From a virus, in the IMG/VR virus record IMGVR_UViG_3300005264_000009, positions 23,210-87,209 of that record: 64,000 nucleotides of DNA; one strand, given 5' to 3'. The notes beneath the pieces are model-generated. The model saw only the letters and a list, made by a program, of their open reading frames with translations. It did not search any database and was not told the origin of the DNA. Position 1 is the first letter of the stretch, and every line of letters starts with the position of its first letter. This document shows, piece after piece, positions 37,931-46,903 of the stretch. Both the position numbers and the translations under genes were made by a program.

Positions 37931-38668
37931 ATGGAAATTAATTATATTGAATATAAAAATAAGGCTTATTGCAAATCTATTGGTTGTGATAAATTTTACT
38001 GTAAAGATTGTGGTGCTTATAGATTTCACGAGTATTTACAGGAAAACAATTTTTTAATAATTAAAAAAGATTCTGAAATTATTACAAGAAATAATTATGA
38101 TTTAATGTTCAGGAAAAAAGTAAAACATGATTTTATTAATTATATTTTTGTTAATAAAAAAACAAAAAAGGTACTGGCTCAACCCCCTTTTAAAACCACA
38201 AAATATGTGTCAATAATAGAAAAGGATAATGAAGTTTTAATTACAGATTATATAAAAGATAAAGAAGTAAAAATGGTTTATATAATTGATAAAGATGAAT
38301 GGCATTTGATAAGTACACAAAATGTTATTAAACCATCTTTTAAAAATTTAATAGCAAAACAAATAAGTAATGTAGCAAAAAACAGAAAAGATATTTTATC
38401 TGCTTTAGATGATTATTTTAAGGGATACAGTGATAAACAAATAGTAAGTGATAATACTACTATTTATAATATACCAGTGTTTAATATAAAAGTGTATGTT
38501 AATGTACTTGATACACACATTACTTTTTCTCTTATGGGACAAATGAAAAAGATAAATACTGTATATAGTTTTGTAAATGAACAAGATATACCTTGTATTA
38601 TGAAAGATTTAGATACTAAAATATACAATGTTTTAATTGAAGGTGATTTAAATGATCAAAATATTTAA
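37931..38668 (+). CDS. hypothetical protein
   Basis: 245 aa; N-terminus paralogous to 36055..36498. Confidence 0.7.
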   Translation: MEINYIEYKNKAYCKSIGCDKFYCKDCGAYRFHEYLQENNFLIIKKDSEIITRNNYDLMFRKKVKHDFINYIFVNKKTKKVLAQPPFKTTKYVSIIEKDNEVLITDYIKDKEVKMVYIIDKDEWHLISTQNVIKPSFKNLIAKQISNVAKNRKDILSALDDYFKGYSDKQIVSDNTTIYNIPVFNIKVYVNVLDTHITFSLMGQMKKINTVYSFVNEQDIPCIMKDLDTKIYNVLIEGDLNDQNI

Positions 38669-38753
38669 GGGTGATTGTTTAACTGTAATGGATCAATTAA
38701 TATTGGATGGTGTTAAGGTGGATGCAGTAATAACAGATCCACCTTTACAATAA
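38652..38753 (+). pseudogene. N-terminal remnant of beta-class DNA methyltransferase
   Basis: MIKIFKGDCLTVMDQLILDGVKVDAVITDPPLQ*, closely similar to N-terminus of 9101..9865. Confidence 0.8.
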
Positions 38754-38768
38754 GGGGTACAATTAAAT

Positions 38769-39386
38769 ATGAAAAATAAAATAATTAAAGAGTATATTGC
38801 AGGAGTTACCTCTTTAAGAGAGGTTGCTATTATCTGTGGGACTGACCATCACAATGTGAAGAGAACATTAATTAAAGCAAATATAACGATAGTAAGAGCC
38901 AAGACAAAAGCACATACAAAAGCACATTGTAAAGCTATATCTAAGGCATGCAAAGGTAGAAAATGTTGGGTTAAGGGTAAAAAAATGCCAAAAGCATCAC
39001 TTTACAAGAACATGTCTGCACACTTAAAGTGGGACGTTACATCAGAATGGTTGGCGAAGTTTGATGACATCGAAAAACTTAAATTTATAAACAGGGCTAT
39101 AACAAACAGGGATGGTAGGTATCCGTTTACAACAGATGAGTATAAAGAATACATAAATAAGTTTTATAATGATCTGAAATTCAACACACTTTACAAGAAG
39201 TGGTTGGGGACTAACAATAAATATTTGAAACCATCATTAGATCATATAATTCCAAAGTCAAAAGGTGGTACTAATAACTTAGATAATTTACAGTTTCTAA
39301 GTTGGTTTGAAAATAGATGTAAAAGTGATATGTCTCAAAAGGAATGGGATTTACTTAAGAATAATATAAGCGATTATTTAATGTGA
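38769..39386 (+). mobile_element. free-standing HNH homing endonuclease with NUMOD3-like motif
   Basis: PSLDHIIPKSKGGTNNLDNLQFL...EN..K; HTKAHCKAISKACKG. Confidence 0.85.
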
Positions 39387-39425
39387 AGATTAAATAATAT
39401 ATCAGGTAATTCACTTTTTTATTAA
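39387..39425 (+). pseudogene. probable C-terminal remnant of the same methyltransferase
   Basis: RLNNISGNSLFY* vs RLNNITLNLF* at the end of 9101..9865; same frame as 38652. Confidence 0.55.
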
Positions 39426-39432
39426 AAACTTC

Positions 39433-39462
39433 TTGACTTCCTAATAAAAACGTGTTAAGACT
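39433..39462 (+). promoter_or_regulatory. sigma70-type promoter
   Basis: TTGACT-TCCTAATAAAAACGTGT-TAAGAC. Confidence 0.65.
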
Positions 39463-39514
39463 TTAATCAAGATAACAAAGGTATTTTTAATTACTACTTT
39501 ATAAAGGAGCTATT

Positions 39515-39862
39515 ATGGGTAGAGAGTTAAAACGTGTAAGCAAAGATTTTACGTGGGAATTAAATAAGATTTGGAAGGGTTATATAAATTCTGCTACATT
39601 AGAAGAACCACCTGCTGGTAAATACTATCAATTATGGGAAACAGTATCAGAAGGAAGCCCTGTATCACCAGCATTTAAAACAAAATTTGAATTAGCAAAA
39701 TATTTAGCTAAAGTTAAACACTTAAATATATCTGATTATAATACTTGGTTACATTTTTTAAATAATTATACTTGGAGTGTTTCCAGTGTAGGTACAAATG
39801 GAAAACTTATGAGTGGTGTTGAATATTTATATTATAAAGATAAAGATAAAGGAAAAATTTAA
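39515..39862 (+). CDS. hypothetical phage protein
   Basis: AAGGAG RBS; YQLWETVSEGSPVSP motif. Confidence 0.75.
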   Translation: MGRELKRVSKDFTWELNKIWKGYINSATLEEPPAGKYYQLWETVSEGSPVSPAFKTKFELAKYLAKVKHLNISDYNTWLHFLNNYTWSVSSVGTNGKLMSGVEYLYYKDKDKGKI

Positions 39863-41173
39863 ATGGAAACATTAAAAACGGTATATGAACAATTAGAAAT
39901 AATTAAAAAAACAAGTAGTAAAATTAAAAAAGAAGAACTTATTAAAAAATATGCTAAAGATGATACTTTTAAAACTGTTTTAGTATTTGCATACAATCCT
40001 TACATGCAATATAAAATTAAAAAAATACCAAAAGAAAAAGTAATATCCGAATTTTCTATAAATAATATTTTTACCTTTTTAACTACTCTTTCAAATAAAA
40101 AAGGTGCTACCAATGAAGATTATTACAAATTAGGAAGCCTTTGCAATATTGATGATGAAACATACAATGTAATTCATCGTGTGGTAAACAAAGATTTGAA
40201 GTGTGGTTTTTCAGCAAAAACAATTAATAAGGCTATTCCTTATTGTATTCCTGTCGTGCCTTATATGCGTTGTAGTAACGAAAAGAAATTAAAACATATT
40301 GATTATCCTGCTATTGTACAAGAAAAAGCAGATGGGGTTTTTGTAAATGTAATAATTGACAATAATAATGGAAATGGTATTAAAGTTGTTACCAGAAATG
40401 GTAAAGAAGTTCATCAATTAAATCATTTAAAACACTTATTTAATACAGAATTAGATGGCGTTTTTATGGGTGAATTAGTTGTTATAGAAAATAATATACT
40501 AATACTTAGTAGAAAAAAGGGTAATGGCATTATTAATTCATGTTTACATGGTACATGTTCACCAGTTGATTCTGCTAAAATACGCATACTTGTATGGGAT
40601 GTTATACCACTTATAAATTTTTATGATGGTATTCCTTGTAATATACCATATATTGAAAGATTTAATCAATGTAGAAATACTGTTAAAAAAATCAAACATA
40701 GATTTATCAAAACAATAAAAACAAAAAAAGTAAATAATATTGATGAAGCAAGAGAGTTTTATACTTTAATGCGTTCAGAGGGTAAAGAAGGTGCTGTTCT
40801 TAAAAATTATAATTTAATTTGGAAAAATCATACATCCAATGATCAAATTAAATTAAAAAATGAAATGGATGTGGAATTAAAGATTGTTGATATTCAAGCA
40901 GGTAAAGAGGGAACAAAATATGAAGACTGTTTGGGTGCTTTACTGTGTGAATCTAAGTGTGGTTCTTTAAAAGTATCAGTAGGTAGTGGTTTTACAGATA
41001 AAGAGAGGCATCAAGATTGGCAAGCAAGAATAAACCGTATAATTACAGTAACTTGTGAGTCGGTAATTACTGACAAGAAAAAAAGTACAAGTTCTTTATT
41101 TTTACCACGATTTAAAGAATTGCGTGAAGATAAAGACATAGCTGATACTTTACAAGAAATATTGGAAAGGTAA
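39863..41173 (+). CDS. ATP-dependent DNA ligase
   Basis: QEKADG (motif I), TRNG, MGEL, EGAVLK, KLK, VGSGFTD, LFLPRF. Confidence 0.93.
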   Translation: METLKTVYEQLEIIKKTSSKIKKEELIKKYAKDDTFKTVLVFAYNPYMQYKIKKIPKEKVISEFSINNIFTFLTTLSNKKGATNEDYYKLGSLCNIDDETYNVIHRVVNKDLKCGFSAKTINKAIPYCIPVVPYMRCSNEKKLKHIDYPAIVQEKADGVFVNVIIDNNNGNGIKVVTRNGKEVHQLNHLKHLFNTELDGVFMGELVVIENNILILSRKKGNGIINSCLHGTCSPVDSAKIRILVWDVIPLINFYDGIPCNIPYIERFNQCRNTVKKIKHRFIKTIKTKKVNNIDEAREFYTLMRSEGKEGAVLKNYNLIWKNHTSNDQIKLKNEMDVELKIVDIQAGKEGTKYEDCLGALLCESKCGSLKVSVGSGFTDKERHQDWQARINRIITVTCESVITDKKKSTSSLFLPRFKELREDKDIADTLQEILER

Positions 41174-41183
41174 AAAAAACTAC

Positions 41184-41212
41184 TTGACTTTTTAATAAGA
41201 ACGTGTTACAAT
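41184..41212 (+). promoter_or_regulatory. sigma70-type promoter
   Basis: TTGACT-TTTTAATAAGAACGTGT-TACAAT. Confidence 0.75.
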
Positions 41213-41242
41213 ATTATTAAAAAGTCAAGAGGGGAGTAAAAA

Positions 41243-41692
41243 TTGAATACAGAATCATTTTTATTTAAAAAAGCAAAATCAATAACGCCTGAATTGTACA
41301 AGTATATAAGATTAAATTGCTTAAAAACAGGTTCACATATATTTGGTGGATATACCGAAAAATCAGATATTGATTATATTACACATAAGCAATTTTTTAA
41401 CGAAAAACTTTTTTTGGATTATCATTTTGGTGTAAATAGTGGTAGTGTACTATCTGATGAAATACGTAATACTTTATATTTAAAATACACAAATGAGGAA
41501 AATAAACATTTGTTATTAAACATATTAATTTTTAAAGATAAGATAGAATATGTTATTTGGTTATTAGCACAAGATGATATGTGCAACTTACAATTCCCAT
41601 TTACACAAATAGTAAAAAACAAAAAAAATAGAGTAAAACTGTTTAATCTTTTAAAAGCATTTTATAGGTCTGAATATGTTAAAGAACGTTAA
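41243..41692 (+). CDS. minimal nucleotidyltransferase-like protein
   Basis: TGS-x10-DID (GS...DxD Pol-beta superfamily motif). Confidence 0.55.
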   Translation: MNTESFLFKKAKSITPELYKYIRLNCLKTGSHIFGGYTEKSDIDYITHKQFFNEKLFLDYHFGVNSGSVLSDEIRNTLYLKYTNEENKHLLLNILIFKDKIEYVIWLLAQDDMCNLQFPFTQIVKNKKNRVKLFNLLKAFYRSEYVKER

Positions 41693-42719
41693 ATTAAAGA
41701 ATTTCCAATCACACATTGATACAGAAATAAATTTGGATAAAGGTGTAAATTGCATCGTGGGTTCATCTGATTCAGGAAAATCCAGTATTGTACGAGCTTT
41801 AAAGTGGTTAATACTGAATAGACCACAAGGAGATGCTTTTAAAAACAATGAAACAAAACCTAAAGATACTGTATCAATAGAATGTAATGGTATTATAAGA
41901 AAAAAGAATAAAAAAGAAAATTCGTATGTATTAAATAATGAAACATTAAAAGCAATAAAAACAGATGTACCACAAGAAATACAAAATTGTCTTTTAATGA
42001 ATGAAATTAATTTACAAACACAACATCCAAATGACCAATATTTTATGCTTACGGATTCTCCAGGACAGGTAGCAAAAAAATTCAATAAAGTATCTGGTTT
42101 GGAAATTATGGATAAAGCCTTATACGAAATTAATTCGCAAGTTAGAAATTGTAATACAGAATTAAAATTATGTGTAAATGAAATACAAGATAAAAAAGAT
42201 AATATAAAAGATCTTGCTTGGGTTGATCAAGCTATTAAAAAAGGAAAAGTTTTAATAGCTTATAAAAAAGAGTTAAAGAAAAACAAAACAGAAAAAGAAG
42301 TTATTAATGATAATTTATTAGAACTAAAAAATATCTCTAATAAATTAGCAACATTTGATTTTTTAAATGATGCTATAAAGCAAGTAAAAAATTTACAAAA
42401 TATAAATAAAGATATTCAAGAGTATATAAATAAGTTTGACAGTATTAATGATATAATAAAACCACTTAAAAAGACTGTTTTAAATCTAAATAGTTACAAA
42501 GGTATTAGTAAATTACAAAAAGGCTTAGAAACAGTGATTTTGTTAGAACAAAAGGTTAAAAAAGATAATATACAAAGATATGAAATAAGTGACAGATTAT
42601 CACACTTAGAAAATATACAAAAACATATTGATAGAAAACAAAAAGAAATTAATAGTATAACAAAAGAATTTAAAAATGAATTAAGTATAAATGGTTGTCC
42701 TTTGTGTGGTGGTGTATGA
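41676..42719 (+). CDS. Rad50/SbcC-like ATPase, N-terminal half
   Basis: LKNFQSH, GSSDSGKS Walker A, coiled coil, ends in CPLCGG zinc hook. Confidence 0.88.
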   Translation: MLKNVKLKNFQSHIDTEINLDKGVNCIVGSSDSGKSSIVRALKWLILNRPQGDAFKNNETKPKDTVSIECNGIIRKKNKKENSYVLNNETLKAIKTDVPQEIQNCLLMNEINLQTQHPNDQYFMLTDSPGQVAKKFNKVSGLEIMDKALYEINSQVRNCNTELKLCVNEIQDKKDNIKDLAWVDQAIKKGKVLIAYKKELKKNKTEKEVINDNLLELKNISNKLATFDFLNDAIKQVKNLQNINKDIQEYINKFDSINDIIKPLKKTVLNLNSYKGISKLQKGLETVILLEQKVKKDNIQRYEISDRLSHLENIQKHIDRKQKEINSITKEFKNELSINGCPLCGGV

Positions 42720-42855
42720 AAAAAAGTATAGAAAAATTAATAGTAAAGCATTTAAGATATTTAACATTAATTGTTGAATCTTTAGAAGATAGTTTAAAAA
42801 AGAAAAAAGAAGAGCAGTTAAATTTAGCAATAGAAATATTATATAAGGAGGGATT

Positions 42856-43773
42856 ATGCAATTTTTAGCCATAGGTGATACTCATTTTACACATAACACC
42901 CCTACTAACAGAAAAGATGACTATGCACAAACACAATTAGATAAATTTAAACAAGTTTTAGAATTAGCAAGGAGGTATGATTGTCCTATTGTACATTCAG
43001 GAGATTTCTTTGAAAGTGCAAGTGAACCTTATTCTGTAACAAAAAGTTTATTGGATATTTTAACAAAACAAAGATATAAAGATATAAAAATTTTCACCAC
43101 ATTTGGACAACATGATATACGTTATCATATAAAGGGATTAAATAATACACCATTAGGTATTCTTACTACACTACCTAATGTTTATATCTTAGGTAGTGAT
43201 TATAGCTTACTTGAGGGTAAAACAAGTATAACAGGTGCAGGTTGGGATGAAGAACCTAAAGAGGATGCTGATATATTAGTAACACATAGAATGGTTGTAC
43301 ATAAAAATCCTTTATTTCCAGGACAAACTGATTATAGTAAAGCTAAAAATTTATTAAAAAAATATAATTATAAATTTATTATATCGGGGGATAATCATAA
43401 TCCTTTTGTAGAAACGTATGAGGGTAAAACATTAATTAATGTAGGTTCTTTAATGCGAAAAGGTAAAGACCAAATAGATTATAAACCAAGTGTTTGGTTA
43501 TTTGATTCTGTATCATTAAAACATAAAAGAATTTCTCTGGAAATAAAACCAGCAAAAGATGTTTTTGATTTTGAAAAAATAGAAAAAAATGAAATTCAGC
43601 AAGAAATTAAAAAACAAGTTCAAGAAGATATGGATAAGTTTATGGATTCTTTAAATATATCCGAACATGATAAACCAAATTTTGAAAATGTAATAAAAAA
43701 AATAATAAAAGAAACGAATCCTAAAGTTGAAGTAATTGATATTATCAATCAAATTATGGAGGAGTTAAAATGA
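42856..43773 (+). CDS. Mre11/SbcD-like metallophosphoesterase nuclease
   Basis: GDTH, SGDFF, GQHD, TH, GDNH, N.GSLMR. Confidence 0.88.
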   Translation: MQFLAIGDTHFTHNTPTNRKDDYAQTQLDKFKQVLELARRYDCPIVHSGDFFESASEPYSVTKSLLDILTKQRYKDIKIFTTFGQHDIRYHIKGLNNTPLGILTTLPNVYILGSDYSLLEGKTSITGAGWDEEPKEDADILVTHRMVVHKNPLFPGQTDYSKAKNLLKKYNYKFIISGDNHNPFVETYEGKTLINVGSLMRKGKDQIDYKPSVWLFDSVSLKHKRISLEIKPAKDVFDFEKIEKNEIQQEIKKQVQEDMDKFMDSLNISEHDKPNFENVIKKIIKETNPKVEVIDIINQIMEELK

Positions 43774-43782
43774 AAACAATTA

Positions 43783-44058
43783 ATGTTACTAAAAGTGTGT
43801 TGTACTTTTGGGATTGCACAGAATGTCATCATAACACAAGGTGATATAATTATTTGTTCTAATTGTGATAGTGATTTTAAGTGTAATTTTACACTAACAA
43901 AAAAAAAGAAAAGGATTATTAAAATGAGTAATCGTAAAGATGATACAAAAGTTGTTAAAGCAAGAGTAAAGAACAGAAAAAAGAATAGAAAGAAACATAC
44001 TATGATTATAGGTTATTATGATCAATTTGGTAGGTTTACAAAAACAAAAAGGGATTGA
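43783..44058 (+). CDS. hypothetical basic protein
   Basis: ORF in operon context; start uncertain. Confidence 0.4.
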   Translation: MLLKVCCTFGIAQNVIITQGDIIICSNCDSDFKCNFTLTKKKKRIIKMSNRKDDTKVVKARVKNRKKNRKKHTMIIGYYDQFGRFTKTKRD

Positions 44059-44229
44059 ATTTTATCATCTTTTGTTGGTTATGAAGAAGAAAGTGTAATT
44101 ATGGATAACTATATGGAGTATCGTTTTAGAAGTATAGATGATGTTCTATATCGATTTATTAACATTAATGTTGAATCAATAACAGAAAGTTCACCAAAAA
44201 AATTAATATAATAAGAAGGGATTAATAAA

Positions 44230-44835
44230 ATGAGTAATACATACGAAAAAGCAAAAATGGAATTTACATATTTAAATAAAGATGATATTGTTTTACCTTT
44301 TAAAAATGAGATATTAGAATTAGTTAAAGCCTTTGGTAACAGTGGTCAATCAGGTGGATCAGCACCTTATACAGCAGGAGCTATAAGTTCTGTTGTAAAT
44401 AAATTGTGTATGCATCAAGCAATAACACCTATTCAAGGTAAAAAGAATGAATGGGGTGAGCCTTATGATGATAGAGGTACTGTACAAAATAAAAGAAATT
44501 CAGCTATTTTTAAAGACAAAGATGATAAAGCATACTTTATAGATGCTATTATTTTTAAACAACTAAATGGGGAAAATAAAGGTGTTTGTTTTAATGGTGG
44601 TGCTTTATTAAATAACAAATCGGATAAAAAAATAGGTAGTAAGCAGTATATTAAAAGTTTCCCCTTTGTACCAAAAACTTTTTATATTGGTGTAATATCA
44701 ATAGAATATGCTGATCAAGAAGAAACTGTAGAAAAAAAAGGTGGTGGTTGGTGGAAATCAACAATTTTTGATGAGAATCAATTAATACCTGTATTTGAAT
44801 ATTATGATGAATATAAACAAAGTTTTATAAAATGA
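44230..44835 (+). CDS. hypothetical phage protein
   Basis: 201 aa; F.NSGQSGGSAP motif. Confidence 0.75.
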   Translation: MSNTYEKAKMEFTYLNKDDIVLPFKNEILELVKAFGNSGQSGGSAPYTAGAISSVVNKLCMHQAITPIQGKKNEWGEPYDDRGTVQNKRNSAIFKDKDDKAYFIDAIIFKQLNGENKGVCFNGGALLNNKSDKKIGSKQYIKSFPFVPKTFYIGVISIEYADQEETVEKKGGGWWKSTIFDENQLIPVFEYYDEYKQSFIK

Positions 44836-44848
44836 TAATGTAAATCTT

Positions 44849-44916
44849 GTGGGGATGTTCGGATAAATTTATCTATAGCTTAATGTTATTTTAGATTCAA
44901 GTCATAACATCCCCAC
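44849..44916 (+). ncRNA. structured element (cloverleaf family copy 3)
   Basis: GTGGGGATGTT/AACATCCCCAC 11-bp closing stem with two internal hairpins; CGGAT after the stem as in the 11220 element. Confidence 0.55.
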
Positions 44917-44946
44917 TATTTTAAATAATATTAAAAAGGAGCAACT

Positions 44947-45177
44947 ATGCAAGATATAGTAGAAATCAAAAAAAATTTAGATAGAAAAATGAATGAAAAA
45001 GAACGATTATTGGGACAAAAAGAGTCTTTTATTAGTCAATTAAAGATTTTAGGTTATAATTCTATTAAGGAAGCTAAACAGGCTGTAAAAGACCTATCAG
45101 CTAAAATAGAAATAACAGAAGAAAAGTACAAAGAAAAGTTTAATATTTTTAAAGAAAAGTATGATGGATTGCTATGA
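44947..45177 (+). CDS. small coiled-coil protein
   Basis: AAGGAG RBS, heptad-like pattern. Confidence 0.7.
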   Translation: MQDIVEIKKNLDRKMNEKERLLGQKESFISQLKILGYNSIKEAKQAVKDLSAKIEITEEKYKEKFNIFKEKYDGLL

Positions 45178-45425
45178 AAAAAAGCAAAAAATATTATAAA
45201 ATATACAGTATATGGAAATATTGGTGTAATAACTGTAAAGAATTTGTATGTGGTAATTATTGCTATAATAATGTAAATCATAATTTATATGATTGTGTTA
45301 TTGCACAAAATAAAAGGCAATTAAATAAATATTTAAACCGAATGTTAGAAAAACCATATGGAAGTCTTTACGTAGAATATTTTTGCGGTGATTGTTTTTT
45401 ACATGGTACACATTATAAGTGGTAA
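45174..45425 (+). CDS. hypothetical Cys-rich protein
   Basis: 83 aa, ATGA overlap. Confidence 0.6.
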   Translation: MKKSKKYYKIYSIWKYWCNNCKEFVCGNYCYNNVNHNLYDCVIAQNKRQLNKYLNRMLEKPYGSLYVEYFCGDCFLHGTHYKW

Positions 45426-45514
45426 AAAGGTTTAAAGTATGTATTGTATATATAATATTATATAATTATTTAAGTGTACCTAAATCATTAATTCAAGGAA
45501 GATAAACATTATAA

Positions 45515-46138
45515 ATGGTAAAAAGGTTTAAAATGCTTCAAACTTATATTGAAAGTTTAAAAGAAAAAGAATCAGAAAAGAAATTTTTACAAAATGAATT
45601 ACAAAATTGGGAAACCAAACAAGATAATTATTTTCAAAATTTAGAACACTTAGAAACTGCAAGAAGTATTATACAAAAAGCATCAAAAGCAACACAAATT
45701 TATTTGCAAACACATGTATCAACCATTGTTACAAATGCTTTAAAGGCTGTTTTTCAAGATGATGCTTATGAATTTAAAATCAATTTTGTAAACAGAAGAA
45801 ATAGTACAGAGTGTGACTTAATTTTATTAAAAGATGAAAAAGAATACAAACCTTTAGAATCTTGTGGATACGGTGTAGCAGATATAGTTGCATTAGCTTT
45901 ACGCATTGTTTATTGGAAGTTACACTCTAATTTAAGAAATACTCTTATTTGGGATGAACCGTGCAGAAATTGCTCATTAGATTTGCACCCTTTAATTTCT
46001 CTTATGTTACAGCAATTAAGTAAATCTTTAAATTTACAAATGATTATTGTAACACACTCCAAAAGTTTATCCCAAAACGCTGATAAAGTCTTTAGTGTTA
46101 AAAAAATAAATAATAAAAGTATTATAAAAGGAGAATGA
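45515..46138 (+). CDS. Rad50/SbcC-like ATPase, C-terminal half (likely start 45533)
   Basis: Coiled coil, signature-like ESCGYG..D...LALR, Walker B LIWDEP, H-loop IIVTH. Confidence 0.85.
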   Translation: MVKRFKMLQTYIESLKEKESEKKFLQNELQNWETKQDNYFQNLEHLETARSIIQKASKATQIYLQTHVSTIVTNALKAVFQDDAYEFKINFVNRRNSTECDLILLKDEKEYKPLESCGYGVADIVALALRIVYWKLHSNLRNTLIWDEPCRNCSLDLHPLISLMLQQLSKSLNLQMIIVTHSKSLSQNADKVFSVKKINNKSIIKGE

Positions 46139-46139
46139 A

Positions 46140-46544
46140 ATGTATATTTGTGTAGATTTTGACGGAACTGTAGTTGATCATAGGTTTCCATTTATTGGAA
46201 AACCTGTACCTGGTGCTATAGATTGGCTTAAACAATTTAATAAATTGGGGGCTAAAATTATTTTATTCACAATGCGTTCTGATAATAACCAAAAGCCACA
46301 AAATGCATGTGATTTTTTAACACAAGCTGTAACCTATTTGGAATCGGCTGGTATAAAATTATTTGGTATTAATAAAAACCCTACACAAGACACATGGACA
46401 TCAAGTCCTAAAGCCTATGGTGAAGTCTATATTGACGATGCTGCTTGTGGGTGTCCACTGATTCATCCTGATGGGTTTTCCCGACCATGTGTAGATTGGT
46501 CTATTGTGGGACCAATAATTGAAGCAAAAATAAAAGGAGAATAA
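46140..46544 (+). CDS. HAD-family hydrolase (BT0820-like)
   Basis: VDFDGT, FTMR, K.Y..VYIDD. Confidence 0.85.
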   Translation: MYICVDFDGTVVDHRFPFIGKPVPGAIDWLKQFNKLGAKIILFTMRSDNNQKPQNACDFLTQAVTYLESAGIKLFGINKNPTQDTWTSSPKAYGEVYIDDAACGCPLIHPDGFSRPCVDWSIVGPIIEAKIKGE

Positions 46545-46545
46545 G

Positions 46546-46899
46546 ATGAAAGTTGTTATCCCCGAATTAGTAAAAACAGATATCCAATACAGTAACATAG
46601 GTAATCACAATTGGTCTGTCTCACGCTTATTTGAATTGACTAAAGATTTTCTTGTGATGGATATACCTTTAAGACATTTAAATATTTATAGTGTTTATAA
46701 TAAATTAACATTACGAGAAATGGTAATGCACTGTAAAGCTATTCTAAATGCTGATTTATCTTACCCAATAATATTAGATCATGATGGTGATATATTAGAT
46801 GGAAGGCATAGAATAATGCGAGCTTTACTTGAGGAAAAAGAAACAATAAAAGCCGTTCGATTTGATATAAATCCTAAACCTTGTAAAATAAGCGACTAA
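46546..46899 (+). CDS. ParB/Srx-like domain protein
   Basis: ADLSYPIILD..G.ILDGRHRI.RA. Confidence 0.75.
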   Translation: MKVVIPELVKTDIQYSNIGNHNWSVSRLFELTKDFLVMDIPLRHLNIYSVYNKLTLREMVMHCKAILNADLSYPIILDHDGDILDGRHRIMRALLEEKETIKAVRFDINPKPCKISD

Positions 46900-46903
46900 T
46901 AGT

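Noticed and set aside
38745-39430. Group I intron around the HNH gene
   Set aside because: Only about 15 nt lie between the exon and the HNH start and none after its stop, leaving no room for a ribozyme core, and the MTase middle is missing
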